Source: Thermoplasmatota archaeon (GTDB taxonomy: Archaea; Thermoplasmatota; Thermoplasmata; UBA10834). From it: a stretch of DNA of 64,000 nucleotides. Under the pieces are notes generated by a model, which did not search any database, was not told the DNA's origin, and worked only from the letters and a program-made list of their open reading frames with translations. Where the stretch lies: assembly GCA_040751795.1 (NCBI GenBank), contig JBFMHR010000003.1, forward strand, positions 289,597 to 353,596, written 5' to 3'. Of this stretch, positions 18,169-28,216 are shown piece by piece (positions within the stretch are counted from its first letter, which is position 1; every line of letters begins with the position of its first letter). The position numbers were made by a program, and so were the translations under genes.

Positions 18169-19421
18169 GGCTGGAGGTGAAGGGGCTCTCCTACTCATTC
18201 GGGGACAAGAAGGTCCTGAAGGACGTGTCCTTCGAGGTCAGGCCGGGGGAGTTCATGGGGCTCATGGGCCCCAACGGCTCGGGGAAGACGACGCTCCTCC
18301 GCTGCATCATGAACTACCTCGGGCCCCCCGAGGGCTCGGTCCTCATTGACGGCCATGAGCTGCAGGGCTGCCCCCCCGAGAAGCTGGCCCGCACATTCGC
18401 GGTGGTGCCCCAGAGCTCCTCGACCGACTTCACGTTCTCCGCGTACGACATAGTGATGATGGGTCGCATCCCCCACAGGGCCAGCAAGTTCGCGGGCCCG
18501 TCGAGGGAGGACGCGGACGCCGTCAGGGGCGCCATGGAGAGGACCCGCACGTGGGCCATGGCGAGCAGGCCCTTCTTCGCCCTGAGCGGCGGGGAGAGGC
18601 AGAGGGTGATCATAGCCAGGGCGGTGGCCCAGCAGCCGGAGGCCTTCCTTCTGGACGAGCCCACGGTCTACCTCGACATCAACGGACAGCTCGAGGTCAT
18701 GGACCTCATCAGGAGCCTCAACGAGGAGGAGGGCCTCACGGTCATCGCGGTCCTGCACGACGTGAACGTCGCCGCGCGGTACTGCGACAGGATAGCCCTC
18801 CTGAGCAACGGGTGGCTCGAGGCCATCGGCCCGCCGGCCGAGGTTCTCACACCTGGGGTCATACAGAGCGTGTACGGCGTGGAGGTCGCCGTGAGGAAGG
18901 ACCCGTTCACGGACGCGGTCTACGTGATGCCGCGGTCATCGGTCGCGCCGGCGCCCAGGCACGGGCGCAGGGTGCACGTCCTGTGCGGCGGCGGGGCCGG
19001 AGGCCCCGTCCTGAAGGCGATCGCGGATGCGGGATACGGCGTGTCGACCGGGGTGTTGAACGTCCTGGACTCCGACTTCGAGAACGCCAGGGACCTGCAC
19101 ATACCGGCCGTCCCGGAGGCCCCTTTCGCCGCCGTGAGCGACGCGGCGCACGAGGAGAACCTGAGGCTGATAGGCGAGTCGGAGACGGTCGTGGTGTCGC
19201 CGTTCCCCGTCGGGCCAGGCAACTTCAGGAACATCGAGGCGGCGGAGCACGCCCTCCGCTCGGGCAAGAGGGTAGTGGTCCTCATGCCCGGCGACCCGTC
19301 CTCCGTGGACTTCGTCGGCGGGAGGGCCGCCGAGGCCATCAAGGGTTTGATTAGGTCGGGAGCGATTGAGGTCAAGAGCCTCGACGAGGCGCTGAAGCGC
19401 CTCCACGGGCCGGACGGGTGA
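18165..19421 (+). CDS. btuD: BtuD-like ABC ATPase with archaeal C-terminal extension
   Basis: GPNGSGKT, LSGGERQR, LLDEPT; C-terminal VHVLCGGG domain. Confidence 0.85.
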   Translation: MRLEVKGLSYSFGDKKVLKDVSFEVRPGEFMGLMGPNGSGKTTLLRCIMNYLGPPEGSVLIDGHELQGCPPEKLARTFAVVPQSSSTDFTFSAYDIVMMGRIPHRASKFAGPSREDADAVRGAMERTRTWAMASRPFFALSGGERQRVIIARAVAQQPEAFLLDEPTVYLDINGQLEVMDLIRSLNEEEGLTVIAVLHDVNVAARYCDRIALLSNGWLEAIGPPAEVLTPGVIQSVYGVEVAVRKDPFTDAVYVMPRSSVAPAPRHGRRVHVLCGGGAGGPVLKAIADAGYGVSTGVLNVLDSDFENARDLHIPAVPEAPFAAVSDAAHEENLRLIGESETVVVSPFPVGPGNFRNIEAAEHALRSGKRVVVLMPGDPSSVDFVGGRAAEAIKGLIRSGAIEVKSLDEALKRLHGPDG

Positions 19422-20224
19422 CGGGGTTGAAGGAGAGGCCTCTGAGGGACCTGAAGCGCAACACGGAGATGCTGATCCTGGTGGGGCTCATAAGGTCGCC
19501 CTCGGCCAGGCTCAGGGACGTCGCGGAAGGGCTCGGCATCACCGTGCAGGCGGTCAGCCAGTACACGAACCAGATGCGCAAGGAAGGGCTCCTCCTCGAG
19601 CGCAAGGGCCTCCTCAGGCCCAGCAGGAAGGGCATGCAGGCCCTGCAGGAGCACTTCTCCAGCATCAAGCAGGACGTGGACGAGATCCTCAGGGGCATAA
19701 GCGTCGTGGACAGGTGCGTCGCCGTCGCCGGCACGCCGGTCAGGAAGGGGTCCCCTGTCGGTCTCGCCATGGAGGACGGGATGATGATGGCCTTCGCCGG
19801 CGCGAAGAGCTCATCCACCGGTGTCGCCCTGGAGGACGCCGAGGAGGGGGACGACGTGCTCGTCGGGCGGCTGGAGGGCATACTCGACATGGACCTCGGC
19901 AAGCTCCTGGTGCTGGAGGCACCGTCGGAGCTGGACGGGGGCTCCAAGGCCGCCGACATCGGGCAGGCCAGGCAGAAGGTGGAGGACTTCTCCCCGGGCC
20001 TTCTCGCAGCCGGCGACACCGTCGGGGCGGCCCTGCTGATGAAGGCCAGCGGGGAGATGCTAACGCTCCACGCGCCAGTGGAGTCCGCGATGAGCGCCCT
20101 GAGCAAGGGCGTCGACGTGGTCTACTGCGGGACCAGGGAGTCCTGCGAGCTGATGATCGAGGCGGTGGCGAAGCTCAAGGCGGACACGGGCTACGACATC
20201 AAGTGGCGGACCTTCAGACTGTGA
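19418..20224 (+). CDS. Winged-helix transcriptional regulator (COG1497-like)
   Basis: LRDVAEGLGITVQAVSQY HTH; overlaps the btuD stop. Confidence 0.75.
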   Translation: MTGLKERPLRDLKRNTEMLILVGLIRSPSARLRDVAEGLGITVQAVSQYTNQMRKEGLLLERKGLLRPSRKGMQALQEHFSSIKQDVDEILRGISVVDRCVAVAGTPVRKGSPVGLAMEDGMMMAFAGAKSSSTGVALEDAEEGDDVLVGRLEGILDMDLGKLLVLEAPSELDGGSKAADIGQARQKVEDFSPGLLAAGDTVGAALLMKASGEMLTLHAPVESAMSALSKGVDVVYCGTRESCELMIEAVAKLKADTGYDIKWRTFRL

Positions 20225-20266
20225 TTTTCAGGTGGCAGGGCTAAATCCCGCCATTCGGATTCACCC

Positions 20267-20845
20267 GTGGTGAGCGCGGTGGATGTGGCAGGTGCCGTGG
20301 AGGCAAGGAGGGCCAAGAGGGTCCTGTCCGAGCGTGCAGTCGAGGACGAGAAGGTGCGGGCTCTCGCGGAGGCGGCGCGCCTCTCCGCGTCCTGCTTCAA
20401 CAACCAGCCATGGAGGCTGGTGTTCTGCAGGGGCGAGGGGGCCCTGGAAGCCGTCAAGGGGGCGCTGTCCAAGGGGAACGCGTGGGCGACGAGGTCACCC
20501 CTAATCATAGCCGTGGCGGCGAGGCCGCCCGACGACTGCCAGCTCAGCGACCGCAGGGACTACTTCCTCTTCGACTGCGGGCTCGCGATTGGCCAGCTGG
20601 AGCTCGCGGCCACGGCGATGGACCTAATCGCCCACCCGATCGCCGGCTTCGACCCACTGAAGGTGAAGGCCGCCCTGGGGATACCTGAGGACCACACGGT
20701 GATAACCCTCGTGATATGCGGCTACCCCGGGACCGACGATTCGCTGCTCTCCGACAAGCAGAGGGAGGCCGAGAGGTCCCGGCCAGAGAGGAAGCCCCGG
20801 GGGGAGAATCTCTTCGCGGACGGGTGGGGCCGCCCCCTCGCCTGA
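20267..20845 (+). CDS. Nitroreductase family protein
   Basis: ARLSASCFNNQPW, HPIAGFD, GYP, RKP. Confidence 0.88.
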   Translation: MVSAVDVAGAVEARRAKRVLSERAVEDEKVRALAEAARLSASCFNNQPWRLVFCRGEGALEAVKGALSKGNAWATRSPLIIAVAARPPDDCQLSDRRDYFLFDCGLAIGQLELAATAMDLIAHPIAGFDPLKVKAALGIPEDHTVITLVICGYPGTDDSLLSDKQREAERSRPERKPRGENLFADGWGRPLA

Positions 20846-20904
20846 CCCCGGCAAGGCATATATCGGGCCTGTGACCATCGGGAGGCAGTCCGGAGGCTGT
20901 CCAG

Positions 20905-21840
20905 ATGATGCGGTTCTACGTTGTCGAGGCCGGTGAGCTGAAGAGGGTCGAGACCGCGCAGATGCGCGAGGTCCTCTGGATCGACCTCGTGGCGCCGTCC
21001 CCGGAGGAGGTCGAGGAGCTCCACAGGGAGTTCGGCATCGACCTCCAGGACATCGCGGACTGCCTCGACCCGAACGAGCGCTCCAGGATAGAGGTCGAGG
21101 AGAGGTACGATCTCCTCGTCCTGCGCAGCCTGCTGGCCGACGAGCGCGCCCCGGACAGGATCCAGACGATGCCCATCGGCATCATATCCACGAAGGACCA
21201 GATCATCACCGTCCGGATAGGGGCCTCGTTCCATGCGGAGGACGTCTGCTCCGACATGAAGAGGAGGCCCCGCCTCGAGACGAAGGAGGACCTCTTCCTC
21301 GCCCTCGTGAGGCGCGTCCACCGCGACATGGAGAGGACCGTGAGGCCGATGGAGCGCAGGATAGGCGCCATCCAGGAGACTATCCTCCACGCCAAGAGCG
21401 CGGAGGTCGCGCACAGCGCCTTCGCCCTGAGCAACGGGCTCATCCTCCTCAACACGGCCCTGCTGTCGAACATGAACGCCATCTCCCTGCTCCCCCGCAT
21501 GAAGCAGCTGCACATGACCAAGGAGCGGCTCGACCTGGCGGAGGACATCGAGAACGACGTGGCGCAGCTCTACGAGATGACCACGATCTACCGGGAGATC
21601 ATGTCCAACATCCTGAACGCCTACGAGACGGCCGTCTCGAACAACCTGTCGTTCATAATGAAGACCCTCACCACTATCAGCCTGATCCTGATACTGCCCA
21701 CCCTGGTGGCCAGCCTGTACGGCATGAACGTCGACCTCCCGTTCCAGGGGGACCCGAACGCCTTCTGGTTCGTCATCGGCGTCTCAGCGGTCTGCGTCGC
21801 GGGGCTCTGGGTGCTCTTCCGCCTCAAGAGGATCCTCTGA
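20905..21840 (+). CDS. corA: CorA-family Mg2+ transporter
   Basis: YGMN signature and two C-terminal TM helices. Confidence 0.93.
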   Translation: MMRFYVVEAGELKRVETAQMREVLWIDLVAPSPEEVEELHREFGIDLQDIADCLDPNERSRIEVEERYDLLVLRSLLADERAPDRIQTMPIGIISTKDQIITVRIGASFHAEDVCSDMKRRPRLETKEDLFLALVRRVHRDMERTVRPMERRIGAIQETILHAKSAEVAHSAFALSNGLILLNTALLSNMNAISLLPRMKQLHMTKERLDLAEDIENDVAQLYEMTTIYREIMSNILNAYETAVSNNLSFIMKTLTTISLILILPTLVASLYGMNVDLPFQGDPNAFWFVIGVSAVCVAGLWVLFRLKRIL

Positions 21841-21955
21841 CCTCGGTCCCCACCGCGGGGACGGCCCCGGCCGGCGGGCCTCCATGGCTTACCCAGGCGG
21901 GGGTGCCAGCACATGTATTTAACACCGGGATGTCATATCCAGCATCAGAGTGGCC

Positions 21956-22246
21956 ATGGTCTCCGCGGTCGACGTGTCGATGGGGCTCCTGTTGGGCGTC
22001 TCAGCGTTCCTGCTGGTGCTCTCCCTCGTGTCGTACAGGAGGAGCGGGATCCGCTCCGTGCTCCTCCTGTCGGAGGGCCTCTCGGTGCACGTAGTGGTCA
22101 CATCGCTGCTCATCGGGCTAGGATACACCACGGACTGGCTCGATAAGGTCGACGGGACCCTGATGGCCGTGGCCGACGCGGTCATCCTCCTCTCCGTGGT
22201 TCTCCTGGGGCACTTCGGAGGTAGGCCCGGTGCCGGACCCTCTTGA
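21956..22246 (+). CDS. Small three-TM membrane protein
   Basis: Hydrophobic, SYRRSG loop; overlaps the downstream wHTH gene. Confidence 0.65.
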   Translation: MVSAVDVSMGLLLGVSAFLLVLSLVSYRRSGIRSVLLLSEGLSVHVVVTSLLIGLGYTTDWLDKVDGTLMAVADAVILLSVVLLGHFGGRPGAGPS

Positions 22247-22805
22247 GCTGGCCAGCAGGAAGAAGATATTCGAGTGCGTCAGGGGCAGCCCTGGCATACA
22301 CTTCAGGGAGATCCAGCGCCGCACCAACCTGCCCATCGGGGTCCTGGAGTACCACCTGAACTACCTCGTGGACCACTCGTTGCTGTCGCTGGACAAGCAG
22401 GAGAGCTTCTCGAGGTACTTCCCGAGCGGCCAGGTCAGCGCCGACAAGCAGCGGATACTGTCCGCCCTGAGGCAGGAGATCCCCCGCGGCATCATCCTCT
22501 ACCTGATGGGCCACCCGGGGGCGACGCACGGGGAGGTCCTGAGCAACTTCACCATATCCGGGGGGACCCTCTCGTACCACGTGAAGAAGCTCGTGTCGAG
22601 GGGCGTGGTGAAGCTCGACAAGGTCGGCCGCGAGTCGAGGCTGACCGTGATAGACCCGGACAAGGTGGCGGACCTGCTGATAATCTACAGGCGCACATTC
22701 CTGGACAAGCTGGTCGACGACTTCGTGGCCATGTACGTCGAGAACAAGGGCAGGGCCGTCCCGGCGGAGCAGTCCTCAGAACCAGGCGCCGACAGGACCG
22801 GGTGA
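22230..22805 (+). CDS. Double winged-helix regulator (COG3398-like)
   Basis: PGIHFREIQR..LEYHL and PGATHGEV..TLSYHVKKL. Confidence 0.85.
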   Translation: MPDPLELASRKKIFECVRGSPGIHFREIQRRTNLPIGVLEYHLNYLVDHSLLSLDKQESFSRYFPSGQVSADKQRILSALRQEIPRGIILYLMGHPGATHGEVLSNFTISGGTLSYHVKKLVSRGVVKLDKVGRESRLTVIDPDKVADLLIIYRRTFLDKLVDDFVAMYVENKGRAVPAEQSSEPGADRTG

Positions 22806-22812
22806 GCCCGGC

Positions 22813-24042
22813 TCACTTGCCCCTGTAGTACCTGTTCTTCTCGAGCACGACCGTGTCGCTCTGGTCGTCCTTCGAGGCCCTCCTCGCGGCCACCGCGAGG
22901 CCGGCCCCGCCGGCCGCGACGAGCCCGATGAGTATGCCCGCGACCGTCGACATCGCGGAGGTCCCTATGATGTTCCCGTCAGGGAGGTCCACCACGGCCC
23001 CGCCGCCAGGGCTGGGGAAGAGCCCGATGCTGGGGTCGTGCGTTATCTGGAGCGTCGACTCGTCCACTGGGGCCGACAGGTAGACCTTGAGCGCCTCGCC
23101 GTCGGTCCTGTAGTAGGTCTTGAGGTCCTCGAAGGTGTCGCCCGCAACCACCGTGCTGAGGCACTCCGGCGCCCACGAGAAGAAGCTGGTCTCGTTGGTC
23201 TCCAGGAAGGCGAACAGCTGCTTGAACTGGCTCCTGTGCTGGAACGAGTGCATTATCAGGTCGCCGTCGACGGTCGTCTCGTTGACGTCGGGGTCGCTCG
23301 TGCTCACTTCGTCGCTCTGGAACCCCTCGAAGACGTACTGCTCGTCCATCGCCGTGGGGGTGAAGTTGCCGAACTCCATCATCATCAGCCCGATGTCGAG
23401 GGCCAGGTGGTCCGCGTCGATGGGGGTGTTGATGTCGACCGTGATGTCGAACTTCAGCTCCGTGGAGCCGTTGACCGGGTAGAGCCCCTCGTCTATGGCC
23501 CCGCCGAACGTCGACGAGAAGTTGGACGAGGATATGACGAAGTCCACGGTCACCTCGGCCCAGTCCTCGATGATCACGATGCCGGGCGTCCCCGGTTCGG
23601 GGTTCCCGTCCTCGAAGGCGATCCTCTTGTTCATGGACACAGAGGAGTGCATGGAGAAGTAGGCCGTTGATGTCCCGTCCCCTTCGTCCACTATCTCGGG
23701 GACGTCTGAGGTCCAGGTGGCGTGCTCCATGGACGCGTGGTAGGGCACCTCGTCCAGGATCAGCCCGGCCTCCGCGCTCTCGTTGTAGCCGAGTATCGAG
23801 GAGAACACGAACCCGTAAGAGCGGTTGTCGGGCGAATCGTCCTCCATGATCGCGGCAGCGGGGAAGAGCGTGGATATCGCGATGCTCATGTTGTCGGTGG
23901 AGAGCACGACGTAGCCCTCCTCGACCTCGTAGGAGATGTCCCCGTCCTCGGCGGAGGCGGGAGCCGTGGCTGCGAATTGGAGCAGCAGTGCCAGCGTCAG
24001 GGACACTGCTAGGATAGTAAGGGCCCCCGATCTTTTCCTCAT
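22813..24042 (-). CDS. Acidic surface protein with signal peptide and C-terminal TM anchor (HDP-motif family)
   Basis: MRKRSGALTILAV signal, ELKFDI, ITHDPSIG, C-terminal TM plus basic tail. Confidence 0.75.
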   Translation of the reverse strand: MRKRSGALTILAVSLTLALLLQFAATAPASAEDGDISYEVEEGYVVLSTDNMSIAISTLFPAAAIMEDDSPDNRSYGFVFSSILGYNESAEAGLILDEVPYHASMEHATWTSDVPEIVDEGDGTSTAYFSMHSSVSMNKRIAFEDGNPEPGTPGIVIIEDWAEVTVDFVISSSNFSSTFGGAIDEGLYPVNGSTELKFDITVDINTPIDADHLALDIGLMMMEFGNFTPTAMDEQYVFEGFQSDEVSTSDPDVNETTVDGDLIMHSFQHRSQFKQLFAFLETNETSFFSWAPECLSTVVAGDTFEDLKTYYRTDGEALKVYLSAPVDESTLQITHDPSIGLFPSPGGGAVVDLPDGNIIGTSAMSTVAGILIGLVAAGGAGLAVAARRASKDDQSDTVVLEKNRYYRGK

Positions 24043-24328
24043 CGTGATAGCATCATCATGTTGGCCTTTATTAAGCAATTTGGTACACAGCTCGAAATGC
24101 CGAGGCGCCGCGGCGTCCATTCGGAGAGGGCCCGCACCCCCGCCCTTCGGCCGCCGCCTTCCGGTCGGTAAACGCCGCAAATATAACTGGAGTCCTCAGG
24201 GCGTACTGACCTCATCGGTTAACAATGTTATACATTGGTGGGGGTTTAACTACGTCCAGGAACGTAGTCGGTCCAGCACCCTTGGCACGGTGCTTGACAT
24301 AGGAGAGAATAGGGGAGGAACAAGAGAC

Positions 24329-25150
24329 ATGCACTACAAGAGAGCATCAGCGATGCTCGCGGTCGCCCTGATGGCGTTCGTGCCGTTCGGGATGATCGTG
24401 AGCGCAGCGGAGGAACCAGCGACACCGATGCCCTTCACCGCACCAGGTGAAGTGACCCCCGGGATCGCCGACCCGAACATGGAGTACGCGGTGTACTTCG
24501 CCGACAACATGGCCTTCACCCCGCAGTGGAGGCTCGGCAACCTCGTGAGGGTCGAGACGATGGTCCTGAAGGCCTTCGAGACGAACGCCGACGGCCTCGT
24601 GAACGCCTCGGACATACCCGTTGCGGTGAACACCAACATCACGTCGGGCGTGGTGTACGACCAGGCCGCCCTCCTTGGGAACCCGGACAACATCCTCTGG
24701 ACATGGATGGTATCCGTCCCTTCGATAACCGTGACCATGACCGGTGAGAAGGGCGACGTGCACACGTTCGCCTCCGACTTCACCGACGGGATATCGGACG
24801 CGGACCTCGTGACCAGGGAGACGAACAAGGCCGGCCATCTGATCTACGGCTTCCTCTGGGACACCGAGGGCGCCACTGTGCTCGGCGGCGTGTACAGGGT
24901 CTCCGTGGACATCGGGAGCGCATACCCGGTGACAATGGCCGTCAGGAGCCTGGTCGTCGCGGAGGATGCGGACCCGATAGGGTACGAGGAGCTGCCTGCT
25001 GGGACGCTCGACGCGTTCGTATCGGGCACCGGCGGAGTCGTCGGTGACGATGCGTACATCTACCTCGGCGTCCTGATCGCCAAGGGCGGCAGCTCGGGCG
25101 GCGGCGGTGGCAACGGCGGCAGTGGCGGGGGCCACGGCCGCGGCAGATGA
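24329..25150 (+). CDS. Secreted hypothetical protein, paralog 1
   Basis: Signal peptide; YAVYFADNM..PQWRLGNLVRVETMVLK, RETNKAGHLIYGFLWDT; Gly-rich tail; GGAGG RBS. Confidence 0.8.
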   Translation: MHYKRASAMLAVALMAFVPFGMIVSAAEEPATPMPFTAPGEVTPGIADPNMEYAVYFADNMAFTPQWRLGNLVRVETMVLKAFETNADGLVNASDIPVAVNTNITSGVVYDQAALLGNPDNILWTWMVSVPSITVTMTGEKGDVHTFASDFTDGISDADLVTRETNKAGHLIYGFLWDTEGATVLGGVYRVSVDIGSAYPVTMAVRSLVVAEDADPIGYEELPAGTLDAFVSGTGGVVGDDAYIYLGVLIAKGGSSGGGGGNGGSGGGHGRGR

Positions 25151-25356
25151 GGGGACCTCCTCAGACCGCACGAAACCACATCAAACCCGTTCAGCGTTTT
25201 CCTTAGTCCTTGCCGTCACTGACACCGGGCGCGCGCACGCGACTTAACGCCGATATTTTGAATATTGAACTATCCATATATAAATACCACCGACGACCTA
25301 CTGCGCGCTGCGCCAGGGGCAACACTGGCGCATGACGAACGGGGGAGACATCTGAG

Positions 25357-26274
25357 ATGAAGTACAGTAGGGGAACAGCCATGGCTGTTGTCGCCATCTT
25401 GGCGATCATGCCATCGGCTTGGCTTGTGAGCGCGCATGAGGAGACCAGCCCACTGCCCATAACGCCTGCGGACTCCGCACCTGGCTACGCCGTGTATTTC
25501 GCAGACAATATGGTGTACGGCCCGCAGTGGCGCCTCGGCAACCTCGTGAGGATCGAGACGATGGTGCTGAAGCTTGACGACTACAACAATGACGGGCTCG
25601 CGAACGCTCTGGACCTACCGCTGGAGGTGAATGGGACGGTGGACCCGACAGACGACGTCGTGTACACCCAGACGGCTCTGATCGGGGACCCGTTGCTCCT
25701 GCTCGGGACGTACATGGTCTCGGCGCCGGAGATACTCATAACGATACAGAGCGACGAGCGCGGCCCGTACAGGTTCTATGGCATGTTCGATGACTCCGGC
25801 ACCTATGTGCCGGTGCTGGACGGGGAAGGGGCAGGCGCCCTGACCCGGGAGATCAACAAAGCCGGCCACCTGATATACGGCTTCCTCTGGGACACATCCG
25901 CCGAGGACGTGACCGTTGGACGCTACAGCGTATCGGTCCAGCTGCCTCCAGCATATCCGATATCGATAGCCATAAGGAACTACTACGTGAGCGAGGACAT
26001 CGACGGCGACGGCGAGCAGGGGGAGCGTCTGCCTGGCCCACCGACCGAAGAGGTCCCGCCGGACTACTTCCTCGAGCTCGACGCGGTCACGGACCCGGTC
26101 CTGACCGGCCAGGGCGGCGTGGATGCAGCGGCCAATGCGGCTTTCATCTACCTTGGCGAGATCATCCTCGGAGGCGGGAGCGGCACGGGCGGGGACAACG
26201 GCGGGGAGAACGGCAACCCCGACTCCGGAGGCAATCAGAACGGCCTCCTGGGGAACCGTCACGCGCACAAGTGA
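25357..26274 (+). CDS. Secreted hypothetical protein, paralog 2
   Basis: Same motifs as 24329-25150 (YAVYFADNM..PQWRLGNLVRIETMVLK, REINKAGHLIYGFLWDT); Gly/Asn-rich tail. Confidence 0.8.
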   Translation: MKYSRGTAMAVVAILAIMPSAWLVSAHEETSPLPITPADSAPGYAVYFADNMVYGPQWRLGNLVRIETMVLKLDDYNNDGLANALDLPLEVNGTVDPTDDVVYTQTALIGDPLLLLGTYMVSAPEILITIQSDERGPYRFYGMFDDSGTYVPVLDGEGAGALTREINKAGHLIYGFLWDTSAEDVTVGRYSVSVQLPPAYPISIAIRNYYVSEDIDGDGEQGERLPGPPTEEVPPDYFLELDAVTDPVLTGQGGVDAAANAAFIYLGEIILGGGSGTGGDNGGENGNPDSGGNQNGLLGNRHAHK

Positions 26275-26484
26275 GGGCCGATGAGGGCGCGCGGACAGAC
26301 CGCCGGCACGCCCTCCCTCAAACCATTTCCACCCTCTTTTCCTTTTGAATCCTGCGACGTCTGGCTATGATGCAATGAGGATTGTGCTAGCATTTGATTC
26401 TTGTACCACAAACCACTTATCAAGTGCCCCGTGTTGGTCGATTCAGAAACGGCGAGACCGTTTCCGAAGAGAAGGTGAGGTAAG

Positions 26485-26745
26485 ATGATATCGAAGGTAT
26501 GGATCGCGCTGGCACTCGGCGCCGCGTTCATGGTCGGCGGAGTGGCCGTCGTATCGGCCGCGGGCAACATGAACGGCGACTGTGACCAGATCCAGGACCA
26601 GCTCAAGGACGGCACTGGCGACAACTGCCAGGACGAGACCCTAGAGGACGGCACGTGCGACTCGTGCAACGACTACGACTGGGACTTCCTCTACGGCGAG
26701 ACCGAGCTGGAGCCCCCGTATCAGTCTGCATGTGGACAGGAATAA
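26485..26745 (+). CDS. Small secreted acidic Cys-rich protein
   Basis: Signal peptide, QDQLKDGT/QDETLEDGT repeats, 5 Cys; AGGTGAGG RBS. Confidence 0.7.
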   Translation: MISKVWIALALGAAFMVGGVAVVSAAGNMNGDCDQIQDQLKDGTGDNCQDETLEDGTCDSCNDYDWDFLYGETELEPPYQSACGQE

Positions 26746-26926
26746 CCGCATAGTCATCTGCAAAGGGTCTCCCCTAAGTCTCCTTTGTGTCAAGGGCCGC
26801 GGTTTCCTGCCCACACAACCTTTTTCCCATCCTCCGTCCCGCGACGTGCGGGAACTGGCCCAGGGGCCGGCAGCGGCGCCCTGGGCGGACAATTTTTTAT
26901 CACCCATCATGCCATACTCCCCGACC

Positions 26927-28216
26927 ATGAGGATCGATTCGAGGCTCGTCAAGAGGATCCGCAAAGAATTCCCGGCCGCCGAAGCGGACCCCGCCGGCCG
27001 CCCGCGCGCCTTCCTGGACAACGGTGCTGGCACGCTCGTGACGATGCGCAGCGCGGAGCGCGAGGCCATGGCGAGGATTGACTGGTGTGCGAACGTCGGG
27101 AACCTGTTCCCCGAGTCGCTGGGGGCGGAGGAGACCATCCTCGAGGGCAGGCAGGCGGTGTCAGATCTGCTCGGCGCGAGCGGCCCCGACACCATCCTGT
27201 CGGGGGAGTCCGCGACATCGCTCCTGTTCAACCTCAGCTACGCGATGGGGCGCGAGTTCACAGGCGAGGAGAACGTCGTCACCACTGGCTACGAGCACTA
27301 CACCAACATCAACCCGTGGGTCGAGCTGGGCGAGGAGGAGAGGATAATGCAGCTCCGGTTCGCGGAGTTCGACCGCGACACCGGCCGCATAGACCTCGAG
27401 ACGCTGTCGGACCTGGTCGACGGGGACACGAAGGTCGTGAGCGTCAGCGCGGCCTCGAACGTCCTCGGGACCAGGACCGACCTGAAGGAGGTCGGGAAGA
27501 TCGCCAGGGACGCCGGGGCGTACTTCATCGTGGACGCGGTCCACCACATCGCCCATGGCGCGACCGACGTCAGGGCGATCAAGTGCGACGCACTCGTGTT
27601 CTCAGGCTACAAGCTCTTCTCCAGGCACGGGAGCTTCATGTACCTGAGCCCGGAGCTGATCGAGGGGCTCACCCCGTACAAGGTCCTCCCCTCGCCCAAG
27701 CACGGGCCGGAGAAGTGGGAGTGGGGCACGCGCGACCAGGCGATGTTCGCCGCGGCCGCCGGCGCCATAGACTACGTCGCATGGGTCGGGGATCCCTCCG
27801 CGAAGAGGCCCCCGTCCCCCGGCAAGCAGAGGCGCGCGAGGCTCCTGGAGGCGTTCGAGGCGATCGAGGAGTACGAGAAGACCATCTCGGACCTGGTCCT
27901 GAACGGCCGGGGCAAGCTGAGGGGGCTGCTGGACATCCCTGGCCTGACGCTCTACGGGCCGCCCGACACCAGGGGCAAGATGGGCCGGGACCCGACCTTC
28001 TCGTTCAAGGTCGACGGATGGGACGACCGGAAGCTGTCGAAGCTGCTGTGGGACAAGTACGCCTTGGCGGTGGGCGCGGAGGACTACTTCTCCCGGGTGC
28101 CGGCCCTCTACGAAGCCGAGACGATGCTCAGGGCGACCTTCGTCCACTACAACACGGAGCAGGAGGCCATGTCCCTCCTGAGGGCGCTGAACGAGGTGGC
28201 CGAGAGGAGGCGCTGA
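26927..28216 (+). CDS. Class V aminotransferase, cysteine desulfurase-like
   Basis: FLDNGAGT, EHYTNINPW, ASNVLGT, VDAVH, FSGYK (PLP Lys), HYNT. Confidence 0.85.
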   Translation: MRIDSRLVKRIRKEFPAAEADPAGRPRAFLDNGAGTLVTMRSAEREAMARIDWCANVGNLFPESLGAEETILEGRQAVSDLLGASGPDTILSGESATSLLFNLSYAMGREFTGEENVVTTGYEHYTNINPWVELGEEERIMQLRFAEFDRDTGRIDLETLSDLVDGDTKVVSVSAASNVLGTRTDLKEVGKIARDAGAYFIVDAVHHIAHGATDVRAIKCDALVFSGYKLFSRHGSFMYLSPELIEGLTPYKVLPSPKHGPEKWEWGTRDQAMFAAAAGAIDYVAWVGDPSAKRPPSPGKQRRARLLEAFEAIEEYEKTISDLVLNGRGKLRGLLDIPGLTLYGPPDTRGKMGRDPTFSFKVDGWDDRKLSKLLWDKYALAVGAEDYFSRVPALYEAETMLRATFVHYNTEQEAMSLLRALNEVAERRR

